A DNA stretch of 64,000 nt from Sedimentisphaeraceae bacterium JB056 (GTDB taxonomy: Bacteria > Planctomycetota > Phycisphaerae > Sedimentisphaerales > Sedimentisphaeraceae): positions 160,001 to 224,000 of the forward strand of contig JBITAJ010000028.1 in assembly GCA_044440125.1 (NCBI GenBank). Reading direction: 5' to 3'. A program made the translations under genes and the position numbers. Below, in pieces: positions 9,195 to 17,990 of this stretch; the stretch's first letter is position 1, and every line of letters starts with the position of its first letter. Under the pieces are notes generated by a model. It was given only the letters and a program-made list of their open reading frames with translations. It was not told where the DNA came from and did no database searches.

Positions 9195-10796
9195 TCAGTT
9201 AACTTTCGATGATGGATACCTAAAAGCCATGCAACAATCATATGTTACAGTAGTAAACGAAATAGAGCTATAGTTATCAACTTCAAACAAAACCCCAATC
9301 TCTCCGGAATAAGTTTTTGCAAGATCTGAATATGCACTAAGACCTGCCGTAACTAATTGTTTCATCGCCCATGTATTACCCTTATCCCTACTTACGAACA
9401 AGCTCAAACCTGCTCTTGAAACAAGACCGTCTTTGTTATATGTTCCAGCTGCCGGATAAGATATAAATAAAGCATTGTAATCGGAATCGTAAAAGGTAGA
9501 ACCCTGACAAATAGTAGATTCTAATCTTGTCTGAGCAGTTGCGTTTGTCCAACTCTCGCCACCATCATAACTTTTCGCAGCCCAGCGATACTCACTGTTG
9601 TCACGTGTAGGACCGGGACGTATAGTCATATAAAGTTCATCACCTGCGGCAGATATCAGACACTCGTCTGAATAGTCTAACACATCAGGTCCGGCAACCC
9701 AGCTCGTACCACCATCATCACTGTAAATCAAACTCGAATAACTCACTCTCGTATCTGTCGTTGTTCCTGTTGTATGCCATACAGGCACAACAAGTCTGCC
9801 GCTGTGATCACCTTCAAGAATCTGAACACCATGTCCAGGTCCCGGGTGACATGCACTCCAGTATGTAGGCAACCCACTAACCGCCTGAGCAACTGACCAA
9901 CTTTCGCCATTGTCATCACTGTATCTTTTATATATAGTATAATTACCGGTTCCGAAAGTTTGGTAAGCAGTATAGATTATATAAACCCTTCCAGTATTTT
10001 TATCAACTACAGGAGATGGGTTACTTGCATTATAAGGACCATTGTCGTGTATAAGTTCAAGCGAACTCCATGTTGCACCATCATCGTAAGAACGCTTCAA
10101 TACAATATCTACATTTCCATTATCACTTATTCCATCAACGCGTCCTTCAGCAAATGCCAGCAACGTACCATTGGCACATCTGACAATAGCAGGAATTCTG
10201 TAATAGCTGTAACCATCAGTACCAAGTTCAAAAACTGGAACTTTTTCATACATATCTCTTATTGTTCCATCAAGCATAAGGTTTTCTACTTGGAAATTTG
10301 CACTTTCTGAATATACCTGAACAGTTCCTATCACATCTCTGTCGCATTCACCCGTATAGAGTAATGTTGAATCAACAACTACAGAAATCACATTATCGGT
10401 CATTGATATTTCGATATTGGTGTTTTGAGAAACTTGAAGATAGGACGATATATCCACATTAAGAGGCGAGTTACTGAATGTGTAAGTACCTGTATTAAGT
10501 CTGTTCCTCAGTAGGTTCGTGGTTTTGTTGAATACATATTCATCGTAACCTATACGTACTACTATACTGCCCGTAGAGCCCATAACAACATCAAGATTTA
10601 CAGAATAGTCGTTATAAAGTATGTTCTTATCCAAAGTAATTCTGCCGCCATTGGAGAAAGAAATACTTCCAGATCCTACACTTACACTACCCTCTGTCTG
10701 CAACCCGTTTGATGTACTTTGATCCCATTGATAGAGAGTAGCAAATCCACTTGACATGAAACTTATAAGAATAATTGCTATAGATCGAAAAAGCAT
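9195..10796 (-). CDS. GH33 sialidase-family hydrolase, paralogue of 7577..9178, secreted
   Basis: Signal peptide; YYRIPAIVR..GTLLAFAEGR; five Asp-boxes; HDNGxYNASNP, HPGPGHG, DYSDEC, RAGL and SAYSD shared with the neighbour. Confidence 0.9.
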   Translation of the reverse strand: MLFRSIAIILISFMSSGFATLYQWDQSTSNGLQTEGSVSVGSGSISFSNGGRITLDKNILYNDYSVNLDVVMGSTGSIVVRIGYDEYVFNKTTNLLRNRLNTGTYTFSNSPLNVDISSYLQVSQNTNIEISMTDNVISVVVDSTLLYTGECDRDVIGTVQVYSESANFQVENLMLDGTIRDMYEKVPVFELGTDGYSYYRIPAIVRCANGTLLAFAEGRVDGISDNGNVDIVLKRSYDDGATWSSLELIHDNGPYNASNPSPVVDKNTGRVYIIYTAYQTFGTGNYTIYKRYSDDNGESWSVAQAVSGLPTYWSACHPGPGHGVQILEGDHSGRLVVPVWHTTGTTTDTRVSYSSLIYSDDGGTSWVAGPDVLDYSDECLISAAGDELYMTIRPGPTRDNSEYRWAAKSYDGGESWTNATAQTRLESTICQGSTFYDSDYNALFISYPAAGTYNKDGLVSRAGLSLFVSRDKGNTWAMKQLVTAGLSAYSDLAKTYSGEIGVLFEVDNYSSISFTTVTYDCCMAFRYPSSKVN

Positions 10797-10827
10797 AGAT
10801 TGAATACCTGCTTGAGTTAATTATTAA

Positions 10828-10862
10828 GACAGGCAGCTTGTCTAACAACAGAGCTGCCTGTC
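10828..10862 (-). terminator. Intra-operon stem-loop after the dockerin-tailed LamG gene
   Basis: GACAGGCAGCT-N13-AGCTGCCTGTC, an 11-bp perfect stem with only a weak U-tail on the minus strand. Confidence 0.65.
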
Positions 10863-10880
10863 ATTAAAGATTTAAGTAAT

Positions 10881-13106
10881 TTAGTTCAAGGTTTCATATT
10901 CATTCATACGAAGCCAGTTAGCCGCCATAATGGCAAGGTCAAGACTATTAACAGCACAGTCACCGTTAATATCACCTGTAGATGCTTCTATCAGACATTT
11001 CGGAGTTGAGAAGAGCCAGATATTACCTCTAACAGTATCTGTATCTGTTACAGTATCAACTCTCCAGTAATAATCTTCATTAGTATCAAGTGCTGTCGGA
11101 GTAACTGAATTTGAAGTTGTAGGAATAGTCTCTACTACTGTCTGCATAAGTTCATCAGTAGCAATCACAACATTCTGTGATACAATAGTTCCACATGAAG
11201 CAGGAGTCCAACTCAATGTTGTAGATGGGTCTACCGCAACAGCATCATCTTCTGGATATGGTGAAGACGGCAGCGAACTGCAAAGAGCCTGCTCAAAATC
11301 TGCCGGCAATAGAGCTCCGTAAGATATCTTAGCAAAATCCATTACACCTTCAAAATTCCATGCATCGTGAAGAATGCTGCCACCTATAACAGTAGTACCC
11401 GGCATAATCAAACTGCCCGTAGCATCAGCTGCCTCCGCAACATTAACATAGTCGACATATAATTTAAGCAAACTGTTTTCTACATCGCGAACACAAGCAA
11501 TATGATGCCATTGACCATCACGGATACTGTATGGACTTTCAACATAAGACCAGTTTGAATTATCTGTGGTTGAGAATACAAGCTTACCAGAACCTTCTAC
11601 TCTGCACCAGAATTGAGGATAGTTATTACTAATCCAATATCTTTCTTCATCTGTAACTAAAGAAGCGACCAGCAGTATTACATTGGTATCATTCTCAAGC
11701 TTTACAAGACTTTCGAATGTAAAACTGTTCTCACCTATAGGTATCTGACTGCCGGCAAAACTTGTACCTGTATCATAGCCAGGCTCCAAAATAAACTCAA
11801 AGCTCTCATCACCAAAATAAGAAGCATCGCTGTCATATCCCGGCGCCGGAGTGTAATACATAGAATCATCAGTCAATACATCTTCACTCTCAGAAGCATA
11901 AAGATCTCTGCCGTTGCCGCTGATATCATAAATCACATCACCTGCCGCGGTAGGCATACCAACTGTCTTATCGTCAAAGGTCCAGAATGCCGCTACATCG
12001 GTATTGACATCAACTGTAGAGAAACTCCAAACATCACCTTCCTGGTCAACAGCATAATCGTTAGGATCTGTTCCTACGGTATCAACTCTCCAGAAGTATG
12101 TCGCCGCACCACCAAGAACGTCAAGATTTACACTGTTGCCGCTTGTAATATTGAAAGATTCTACAATATTATTCATATCAGCAGTTCTTGATACAGTAAC
12201 TGTATTTGAAGACACAGTTACACCTGCTATCTGATCCCAGCTAAGCGAGACACCTGTTGTAGCATTATTTACAGAACCATCTTCAGGGAAAGGATTCGTT
12301 GGCTTAGGTACAATCTGCACAAAATCTGACACATCGAGTGCTGTATCACTAATTTTGAAGAAATCCATTCCGCCCACCATATCAGAAGTCATCTGCTGGA
12401 AGTTACCAATGTAAAGTGAACCGCCCGTTCCTGTAAAGGAAGTATAACCACCTTCATAAGAAAGAACCAGCTCATAATCAACAAACATATCAACATCAGC
12501 GCGACCGGTAGTCGTAGCAGTAAAACGAATTGCAAGATGATGCCACTGAGCATCAAAGAAATTGATACCTGTAGTATTTGCAGAAGCCCAACCTCCTGCA
12601 TAGTTGCCAAAACGGAGATTACCACCTTCAATACGCCACCACAACTCTCTACTTGTTTCAGTCAAATACCGGCATAAACCGTTTTGAAGTGAAGCTGAAG
12701 TTTTGGGGAATCTTACGGCTGTTTCAAACGTGAAACTCTGATTCTCAAGACTGAACCAATCACCGGAAAGACTGCCTTCATCGCCAAAATCATGTCCCGG
12801 CTCAAAGATAAGTTCATCATCAGATGCTGTAAAATTTGCAGCCGAACTTTCTCCATATCCAGGATCACCATCAGTAAATTCCAAGACATCAACGATATCA
12901 CCGCCATTTATGTAACCATCTCTTCCGTTACCACTGCTGTCTATAATCCTGGTTCCACTATCGACAGTTTCACCCGGCAGCACATCATTAAACTCCCAAT
13001 ATGCTACAGTCCCGGCATAGTTGGAGGAAACAATCAAGCAACACATCAAAGCAACTACTGCCAAGAGCATGTTTCTTTTACCTAAATTGACTGCCATTTT
13101 TTTCAT
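10881..13106 (-). CDS. Secreted tandem LamG-domain protein with two 'YYWRVD' modules and a C-terminal dockerin/EF-hand-like tail
   Basis: Signal peptide; two copies of (VAYWEF/VAAFWTFDD..D.SGNGRD..QWHH.A) each followed by P.P.D..LSW..Y(F/Y)WRVDT..G.(V/I)W.FST; ends GDINGDCAVNSLDLAIMAANWL. Start 13106 fits AAGGAG spacing better than the track start 13112. Confidence 0.85.
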   Translation of the reverse strand: MKKMAVNLGKRNMLLAVVALMCCLIVSSNYAGTVAYWEFNDVLPGETVDSGTRIIDSSGNGRDGYINGGDIVDVLEFTDGDPGYGESSAANFTASDDELIFEPGHDFGDEGSLSGDWFSLENQSFTFETAVRFPKTSASLQNGLCRYLTETSRELWWRIEGGNLRFGNYAGGWASANTTGINFFDAQWHHLAIRFTATTTGRADVDMFVDYELVLSYEGGYTSFTGTGGSLYIGNFQQMTSDMVGGMDFFKISDTALDVSDFVQIVPKPTNPFPEDGSVNNATTGVSLSWDQIAGVTVSSNTVTVSRTADMNNIVESFNITSGNSVNLDVLGGAATYFWRVDTVGTDPNDYAVDQEGDVWSFSTVDVNTDVAAFWTFDDKTVGMPTAAGDVIYDISGNGRDLYASESEDVLTDDSMYYTPAPGYDSDASYFGDESFEFILEPGYDTGTSFAGSQIPIGENSFTFESLVKLENDTNVILLVASLVTDEERYWISNNYPQFWCRVEGSGKLVFSTTDNSNWSYVESPYSIRDGQWHHIACVRDVENSLLKLYVDYVNVAEAADATGSLIMPGTTVIGGSILHDAWNFEGVMDFAKISYGALLPADFEQALCSSLPSSPYPEDDAVAVDPSTTLSWTPASCGTIVSQNVVIATDELMQTVVETIPTTSNSVTPTALDTNEDYYWRVDTVTDTDTVRGNIWLFSTPKCLIEASTGDINGDCAVNSLDLAIMAANWLRMNEYETLN

Positions 13107-13421
13107 AAGCATCTCCTTTATAAATAATTAATAAATTTTCAAACAACCTATACAATTATAATTGTGTTATACGCTATTTATTATAGCCCATCAAATTTGA
13201 TATATAAAGTCTAAAGTCCTTGCTAAAAGTGATAATATTTGGCTATCTGTGACATAAAAGTTTTTTTATCCGAATATTTGCAACCAACAGCAAAAAATCA
13301 CCTCACAAAACACTCTCTGCAATAATCGTTCTCTAAAATAAAACCCAAAGTAAATAAAGCAATAAGTACCCGGCTAAAACTTCACAAATTGTGATATAAC
13401 ACCAGTCACATAAAGAGTCTT

Positions 13422-14480
13422 TTACAAAATTACTGCATTTTTACTTTCATACGACCTGTAACAGCCGCTTATCAGCTTATCCACAACAAGCCCTTCATTA
13501 CTGCCCGGAGTTGATTTTTCACCGTTAATGCAGTCTTTTTCAAAGCTTAGCAGTTGCTTCTCAAACGGATTGGTTTTCGGGAAAGTAAAAGTTGTCCAGC
13601 TTTTGGTTTCTTCACTATAGAACTTCAGAAGAGGCGCGTTATCCATCGGCTTATTCCATGTTACGTAATAGAGTTCAAGCTTGCCTTTTGTACCGTTGAT
13701 TTCAATCTTTTCATCCCAGCCGTCTTTATGAATACCTGTACTGCTGTAAGGAGCTAATGCCGCCTCAAAATGCACACAAACGCCCGTTTCCATCTTAAAA
13801 ATTGAGTTGCTGTGAAGCTCAACATCATAATCTGCCGGTTTCCAGTTGAGCGTATAAACACTTTCTGGAACTCCAAAAAAAAGATGCATAAGATCAAGAA
13901 CATGGCTTCCTGCCATATTCAGCATACCGGCTCCCATACTTTTGTTTATTCGTGAAGGTTGTCCATCAAGCGGCTTCCATGCATCACTGTTGTAAATATC
14001 CGCATCCCAACCGCCAGTCTGGTAAGAACGGATATACGCGGTAATGACATCACCTATCTGAGGCAGAAGTTCTACTGCCTTTTGCGTAGCTGGGAAAAAA
14101 CGCTTCATATAGCCTATTTGGAAATTAGCAGAATAACCCTCTAAAAGCTGTGCAAGTTTCTGTGAATCTTCAAGATTGTCAGTAAACGTCTTCTCACCGA
14201 AAATATGTTTACCAGACTGCATAACCCGCTTGACAACATTATAATGCGTCCTGTTTGGAGTACACACTATAACCGCTTCAATATTATCATCTGCCAAAAA
14301 CTCGCCCATATCATCATAAAAAACGGCTTCCCCGTATAAATCTTTGCGTTTAAGGAAATTATCTTTATTGATATCGCAAACGGCAACTATCGGAAATCCA
14401 ATATTATTACATGCCGAAGCATGAAGCGAGGAAATACTGCCTGTTCCTAATATACCTATTTTCATTTCATATCCTGTCAA
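13422..14480 (-). CDS. Gfo/Idh/MocA-family oxidoreductase
   Basis: IGILGTGSIS Rossmann motif, CTPNRTH, GKHIFGEK, GYMKRF. Confidence 0.9.
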   Translation of the reverse strand: MTGYEMKIGILGTGSISSLHASACNNIGFPIVAVCDINKDNFLKRKDLYGEAVFYDDMGEFLADDNIEAVIVCTPNRTHYNVVKRVMQSGKHIFGEKTFTDNLEDSQKLAQLLEGYSANFQIGYMKRFFPATQKAVELLPQIGDVITAYIRSYQTGGWDADIYNSDAWKPLDGQPSRINKSMGAGMLNMAGSHVLDLMHLFFGVPESVYTLNWKPADYDVELHSNSIFKMETGVCVHFEAALAPYSSTGIHKDGWDEKIEINGTKGKLELYYVTWNKPMDNAPLLKFYSEETKSWTTFTFPKTNPFEKQLLSFEKDCINGEKSTPGSNEGLVVDKLISGCYRSYESKNAVIL

Positions 14481-14491
14481 AATATATGTAT

Positions 14492-15490
14492 CTAATTCTC
14501 GATAACAATCTTAGCTGTATCCACTTTGTTTTCGCAGGCAAATTTAATAGCATCGGCTATATCTTTAAGCTTAAACCTATGAGAAACAAGAGCCTTGCCG
14601 TCTATTACACCATCTTCAAGAAGCTTTACGGCAAGTGGAGTTCTCATTGCAGGACTTGCAAAAGAACCTCGAAGCTGAAGTTTATTGAAATGGAAATAAT
14701 TTGCATCAAATGTTATATTGCCTGCCGCCCCTGTCTCTATTCCAATGAAAGCGGCTATTGCCCCCATTGCGGCAACACCGAGAAGGTCAGGTATGGTTGA
14801 TGGAGGCGATGTAACCAGAAGTTTATTAGGTTTCATATCAAACTTATAATCTTTTACAGGCATTTTATCCACTTCAATAATCTCATCGGCTCCGAATTGA
14901 AGTGCAAGCTCTTTTCTTTTAGTAGAATCTGAAAGCTCGCAGGCATATATCTTTGATGCACCAGCCCATTTTGCAAGCTGAAGAGCCATAAGACCTATAG
15001 GACCAAGACCTGACACTAACACCACATCGCCGGCTTTAACCTCTGCCACATTAAAAATATCCAACGCCACTCCAAGCGGCTCGGCAAGACATGCAGCATA
15101 CGGATCAAGACCGCTATACTTAACCAGCGATATTTCACGTACTTTCATAACTTCTGAAAAGCCAGTAAACTGCAATGGAACGAGATTCTCACAATATTCC
15201 TGCCGCATATCCTTACAACTGTTACACTGACCGCATGCACTGGAACTATCCATAACAATCGTATCACCGGCTTTAAAACGAGTTACATCACAGCCGACTT
15301 CAAGCACAGTACCCGCTACTTCATGTCCAAAACGCTTATATTCAGCAACCCCCTTACGGGCTGTCATAATATCCGTGCCGCAAATACCGCACGCATCAAC
15401 TTTAACCAAAACCTCACTACCGCCAAGCTCCCCCGCCTCTACATCACGTAGAATCACATCATCAGTATTTTTCAAGAATGCTGCCTGCAT
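14492..15490 (-). CDS. Zn-dependent (MDR) sugar/sugar-alcohol dehydrogenase
   Basis: CGICGTD, GHE, CGQCNSC..C structural Zn site, EPL, GLGPIG. Confidence 0.9.
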   Translation of the reverse strand: MQAAFLKNTDDVILRDVEAGELGGSEVLVKVDACGICGTDIMTARKGVAEYKRFGHEVAGTVLEVGCDVTRFKAGDTIVMDSSSACGQCNSCKDMRQEYCENLVPLQFTGFSEVMKVREISLVKYSGLDPYAACLAEPLGVALDIFNVAEVKAGDVVLVSGLGPIGLMALQLAKWAGASKIYACELSDSTKRKELALQFGADEIIEVDKMPVKDYKFDMKPNKLLVTSPPSTIPDLLGVAAMGAIAAFIGIETGAAGNITFDANYFHFNKLQLRGSFASPAMRTPLAVKLLEDGVIDGKALVSHRFKLKDIADAIKFACENKVDTAKIVIEN

Positions 15491-15511
15491 AAATATCTTT
15501 CTGCTTTTATA

Positions 15512-16858
15512 TTAACAAATTGCATTGTTGCTGATTGTTTTACTGTAAAACTCAGCACTTAGCTTTGGAGTTCTCTTCTGTGTCTCAAAATCCACATAGA
15601 ACAGCCCAAATCTATGACTATAACCTCTTATCCATTCAAAATTATCAAGTAGACTCCAAGCAAAATAACCCTTAAGAGGATAACCTTCTGTCACAGCCCT
15701 GTGAGCTGAAACAAGGTGATTACGAATAAAAGTGACGCGATCGGTATCTAAAACCAGTCCACATTCCATCTTGTCTTTGGCCGCACACCCATTTTCAGTG
15801 ATAAATATCTGATCGACATTCCACAACTCAGACAAAAACCTTGGCACCCAATACGCTATCTGAGGACATACATATGCCCATGGTGACTGCATTTTAGGAT
15901 GAGACTCGGTAATTGGAACCACACTAAAACCTTCAGTATTACCATCAGGTTTGATATAAACAGGTGCATAGACATTAACACCTACAAAATCCAAATCAGC
16001 CCCGATAACCTCCATATCACCACTATAATCAAGCCCTGCGGCATCATCATTGTCTGTATAAAACTCAGGATACTCACCTTCCATTATTGTAGTAAGAAAA
16101 GGCGTATTAAGATGTCTGAATGCTTTTCTCGCAGCATCGATATACTCTGGATTTTCAATAGCAGGAACGCATCCGCTAACCCCCTCAGCAATACCAACCT
16201 GAATATTCTGCTGTTTATTGGCTCTCAATGCCCGTAAGCCAAGACCGTGAGCAAGCAGAGCATTGTGCCGTATTTTATAAAGCTGACTGCCGCTAAGCAT
16301 CTTTCCGGGAGCAAGAAAACCTGTCCCGTAAGCTTTGTCTGTAAAATTGGCAAACTCATTGATCGTCATAAAATGTGAAACACGATCAGAAAACAGCTTG
16401 CTTATCAGTCCGCAATAATCCGCAAAATGCTCAGAAGTCTCTCTTGAAAGCCATCCCCCATAGTTATCCTCAAGATATTGCGGCAAATCCCAGTGAAACA
16501 GCGTAATCCATGGCTCAATACCCTTCTCAAGAAGTCTATCGATAAGCTTATTGTAGAAATCAATCCCTTTCTTGTTCGGTTCGCCAAAACCATTAGGAAA
16601 AATACGCGACCATGCAATTGAAAAACGATAATTCTTTATGCCCAGCCATTCCATTAATTCTATATCTTCAGGGAAACGATTGTAGTGATCAGCAGCAATA
16701 TTACCGTTATGGTTCTCATGAACCTTATTTTCCTGCTTACAAAAATTATCCCAAACAGTAAGTCCTCTGCCGTCAGTCTGATAAGCCCCCTCTATCTGAT
16801 AAGCTGAAGTTGAACAGCCCCATATAAAGTCTGAAGGAAATTTGTAGTATTCGTTCAT
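15512..16858 (-). CDS. GH1 beta-glucosidase, cytoplasmic
   Basis: FIWGCSTSAYQIEG, YRFSIAWSRIFP, TINE, ITENG, WSLLDNFEW; no signal peptide. Confidence 0.95.
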   Translation of the reverse strand: MNEYYKFPSDFIWGCSTSAYQIEGAYQTDGRGLTVWDNFCKQENKVHENHNGNIAADHYNRFPEDIELMEWLGIKNYRFSIAWSRIFPNGFGEPNKKGIDFYNKLIDRLLEKGIEPWITLFHWDLPQYLEDNYGGWLSRETSEHFADYCGLISKLFSDRVSHFMTINEFANFTDKAYGTGFLAPGKMLSGSQLYKIRHNALLAHGLGLRALRANKQQNIQVGIAEGVSGCVPAIENPEYIDAARKAFRHLNTPFLTTIMEGEYPEFYTDNDDAAGLDYSGDMEVIGADLDFVGVNVYAPVYIKPDGNTEGFSVVPITESHPKMQSPWAYVCPQIAYWVPRFLSELWNVDQIFITENGCAAKDKMECGLVLDTDRVTFIRNHLVSAHRAVTEGYPLKGYFAWSLLDNFEWIRGYSHRFGLFYVDFETQKRTPKLSAEFYSKTISNNAIC

Positions 16859-16961
16859 CGTAACCTTGGTATATTAATAACAAAACAAATCACCAAAACA
16901 AAATTATTTTGGAACAAACTATATTCTTGTATACCTCATGCCGTAAATAAAATCAACACCA

Positions 16962-16989
16962 ACATCACAATAAGACAAATAATATCACT
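16962..16989 (-). promoter_or_regulatory. Candidate operator (GTGA direct repeat) upstream of the GH1 operon promoter
   Basis: Minus strand AGTGATATTATTTGTCTTATTGTGATGT lies just upstream of TTGATT-N17-TATACA; 21/28 identical to 13228-13255. Confidence 0.35.
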
Positions 16990-17046
16990 AATACACAGAC
17001 TTTTAACAGGCTTTCTACAGAATCAGGTATACTGATTAAAGCACTG

Positions 17047-17901
17047 CTAACTCTGACTTCTAAACTTGCTTGGTGAGATATCGTTATGCTTTTTGAATGC
17101 TCTGGAGAAAGAAAAAGCTGAGTCATAACCTACCATAACTGCAACTTCCTGAAGATTCAAATCTGTAGTTCGTAATATGTGTCTGGCCTTGTTCATCCTC
17201 AGATCAGTCAGAAAAGAAATCGGCGTGCAAGAAAAATATTTGACATGAAGTCGATGAAATTGAACCGCAGAAATCTCCATTCTTTCTGCAAGGTCTTCAA
17301 CTTGCCACGGCACATATAATTTTTCGTTTACCTCTCTCCATATTTCATTGAGCTGCCTCAAACGTTTTGACGCCCACCCACGAGCCTGAGGGTGCAGCAC
17401 GCGCCTTATCAATTCACAAATTATCTCAGCATAAGCATTCGCAAGAGAAACTGCACTAACATTTACACTGGCAGCAAACACCTCGTTCAAGAAACCAGAG
17501 AGTGCATGGTGTATTTCCTCCCCAAACCTCGACTCAAATACCCTTGAACCCTCATCCTTTAAGAAAGACCATTTTGGCGTATCATCAATATGAAACCATA
17601 CTTTTTTGAAATAATCCAAGGCTCTATAATCCTGTAGAGACCCTGCCGGCAAAACCAGCATATCACCACCTTTGAGAAGATATGTCTGATTATCCGTTTT
17701 AAGTTCTCCGCTGCCATCAATTATGTAAGCAAAAAAAGAATGCTTTGGGTTCAAGCGAACAATGTGATACGGTGGATACAATTCACTTATACCGGCAGCT
17801 AATATCATATTCTCACGCAAAACAGCATTCGCAGTAGTAGCTAAGTTTACAACATTTTCTCTGCAACTATCAGGCACAATGACAGTATCTGTTATACTCA
17901 T
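17047..17901 (-). CDS. AraC-family transcriptional regulator
   Basis: Cupin-like N-terminus; C-terminal double HTH ending VAVMVGYDSAFSFSRAFKK..SPSKFR. Confidence 0.92.
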   Translation of the reverse strand: MSITDTVIVPDSCRENVVNLATTANAVLRENMILAAGISELYPPYHIVRLNPKHSFFAYIIDGSGELKTDNQTYLLKGGDMLVLPAGSLQDYRALDYFKKVWFHIDDTPKWSFLKDEGSRVFESRFGEEIHHALSGFLNEVFAASVNVSAVSLANAYAEIICELIRRVLHPQARGWASKRLRQLNEIWREVNEKLYVPWQVEDLAERMEISAVQFHRLHVKYFSCTPISFLTDLRMNKARHILRTTDLNLQEVAVMVGYDSAFSFSRAFKKHNDISPSKFRSQS

Positions 17902-17990
17902 GAAATAACCAGCTATTCAATAATATTGTTTTTAACAGTAAAATACATCATATATTATACTAAACAAATATTTAAATGAAAGTTTTCATC

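Noticed and set aside
9195..9245. Cys-containing tail (YDCCMAF...) as a frameshifted dockerin remnant
   Set aside because: The next gene starts 17 bp later, leaving no room, and no DxNxD motif is visible.
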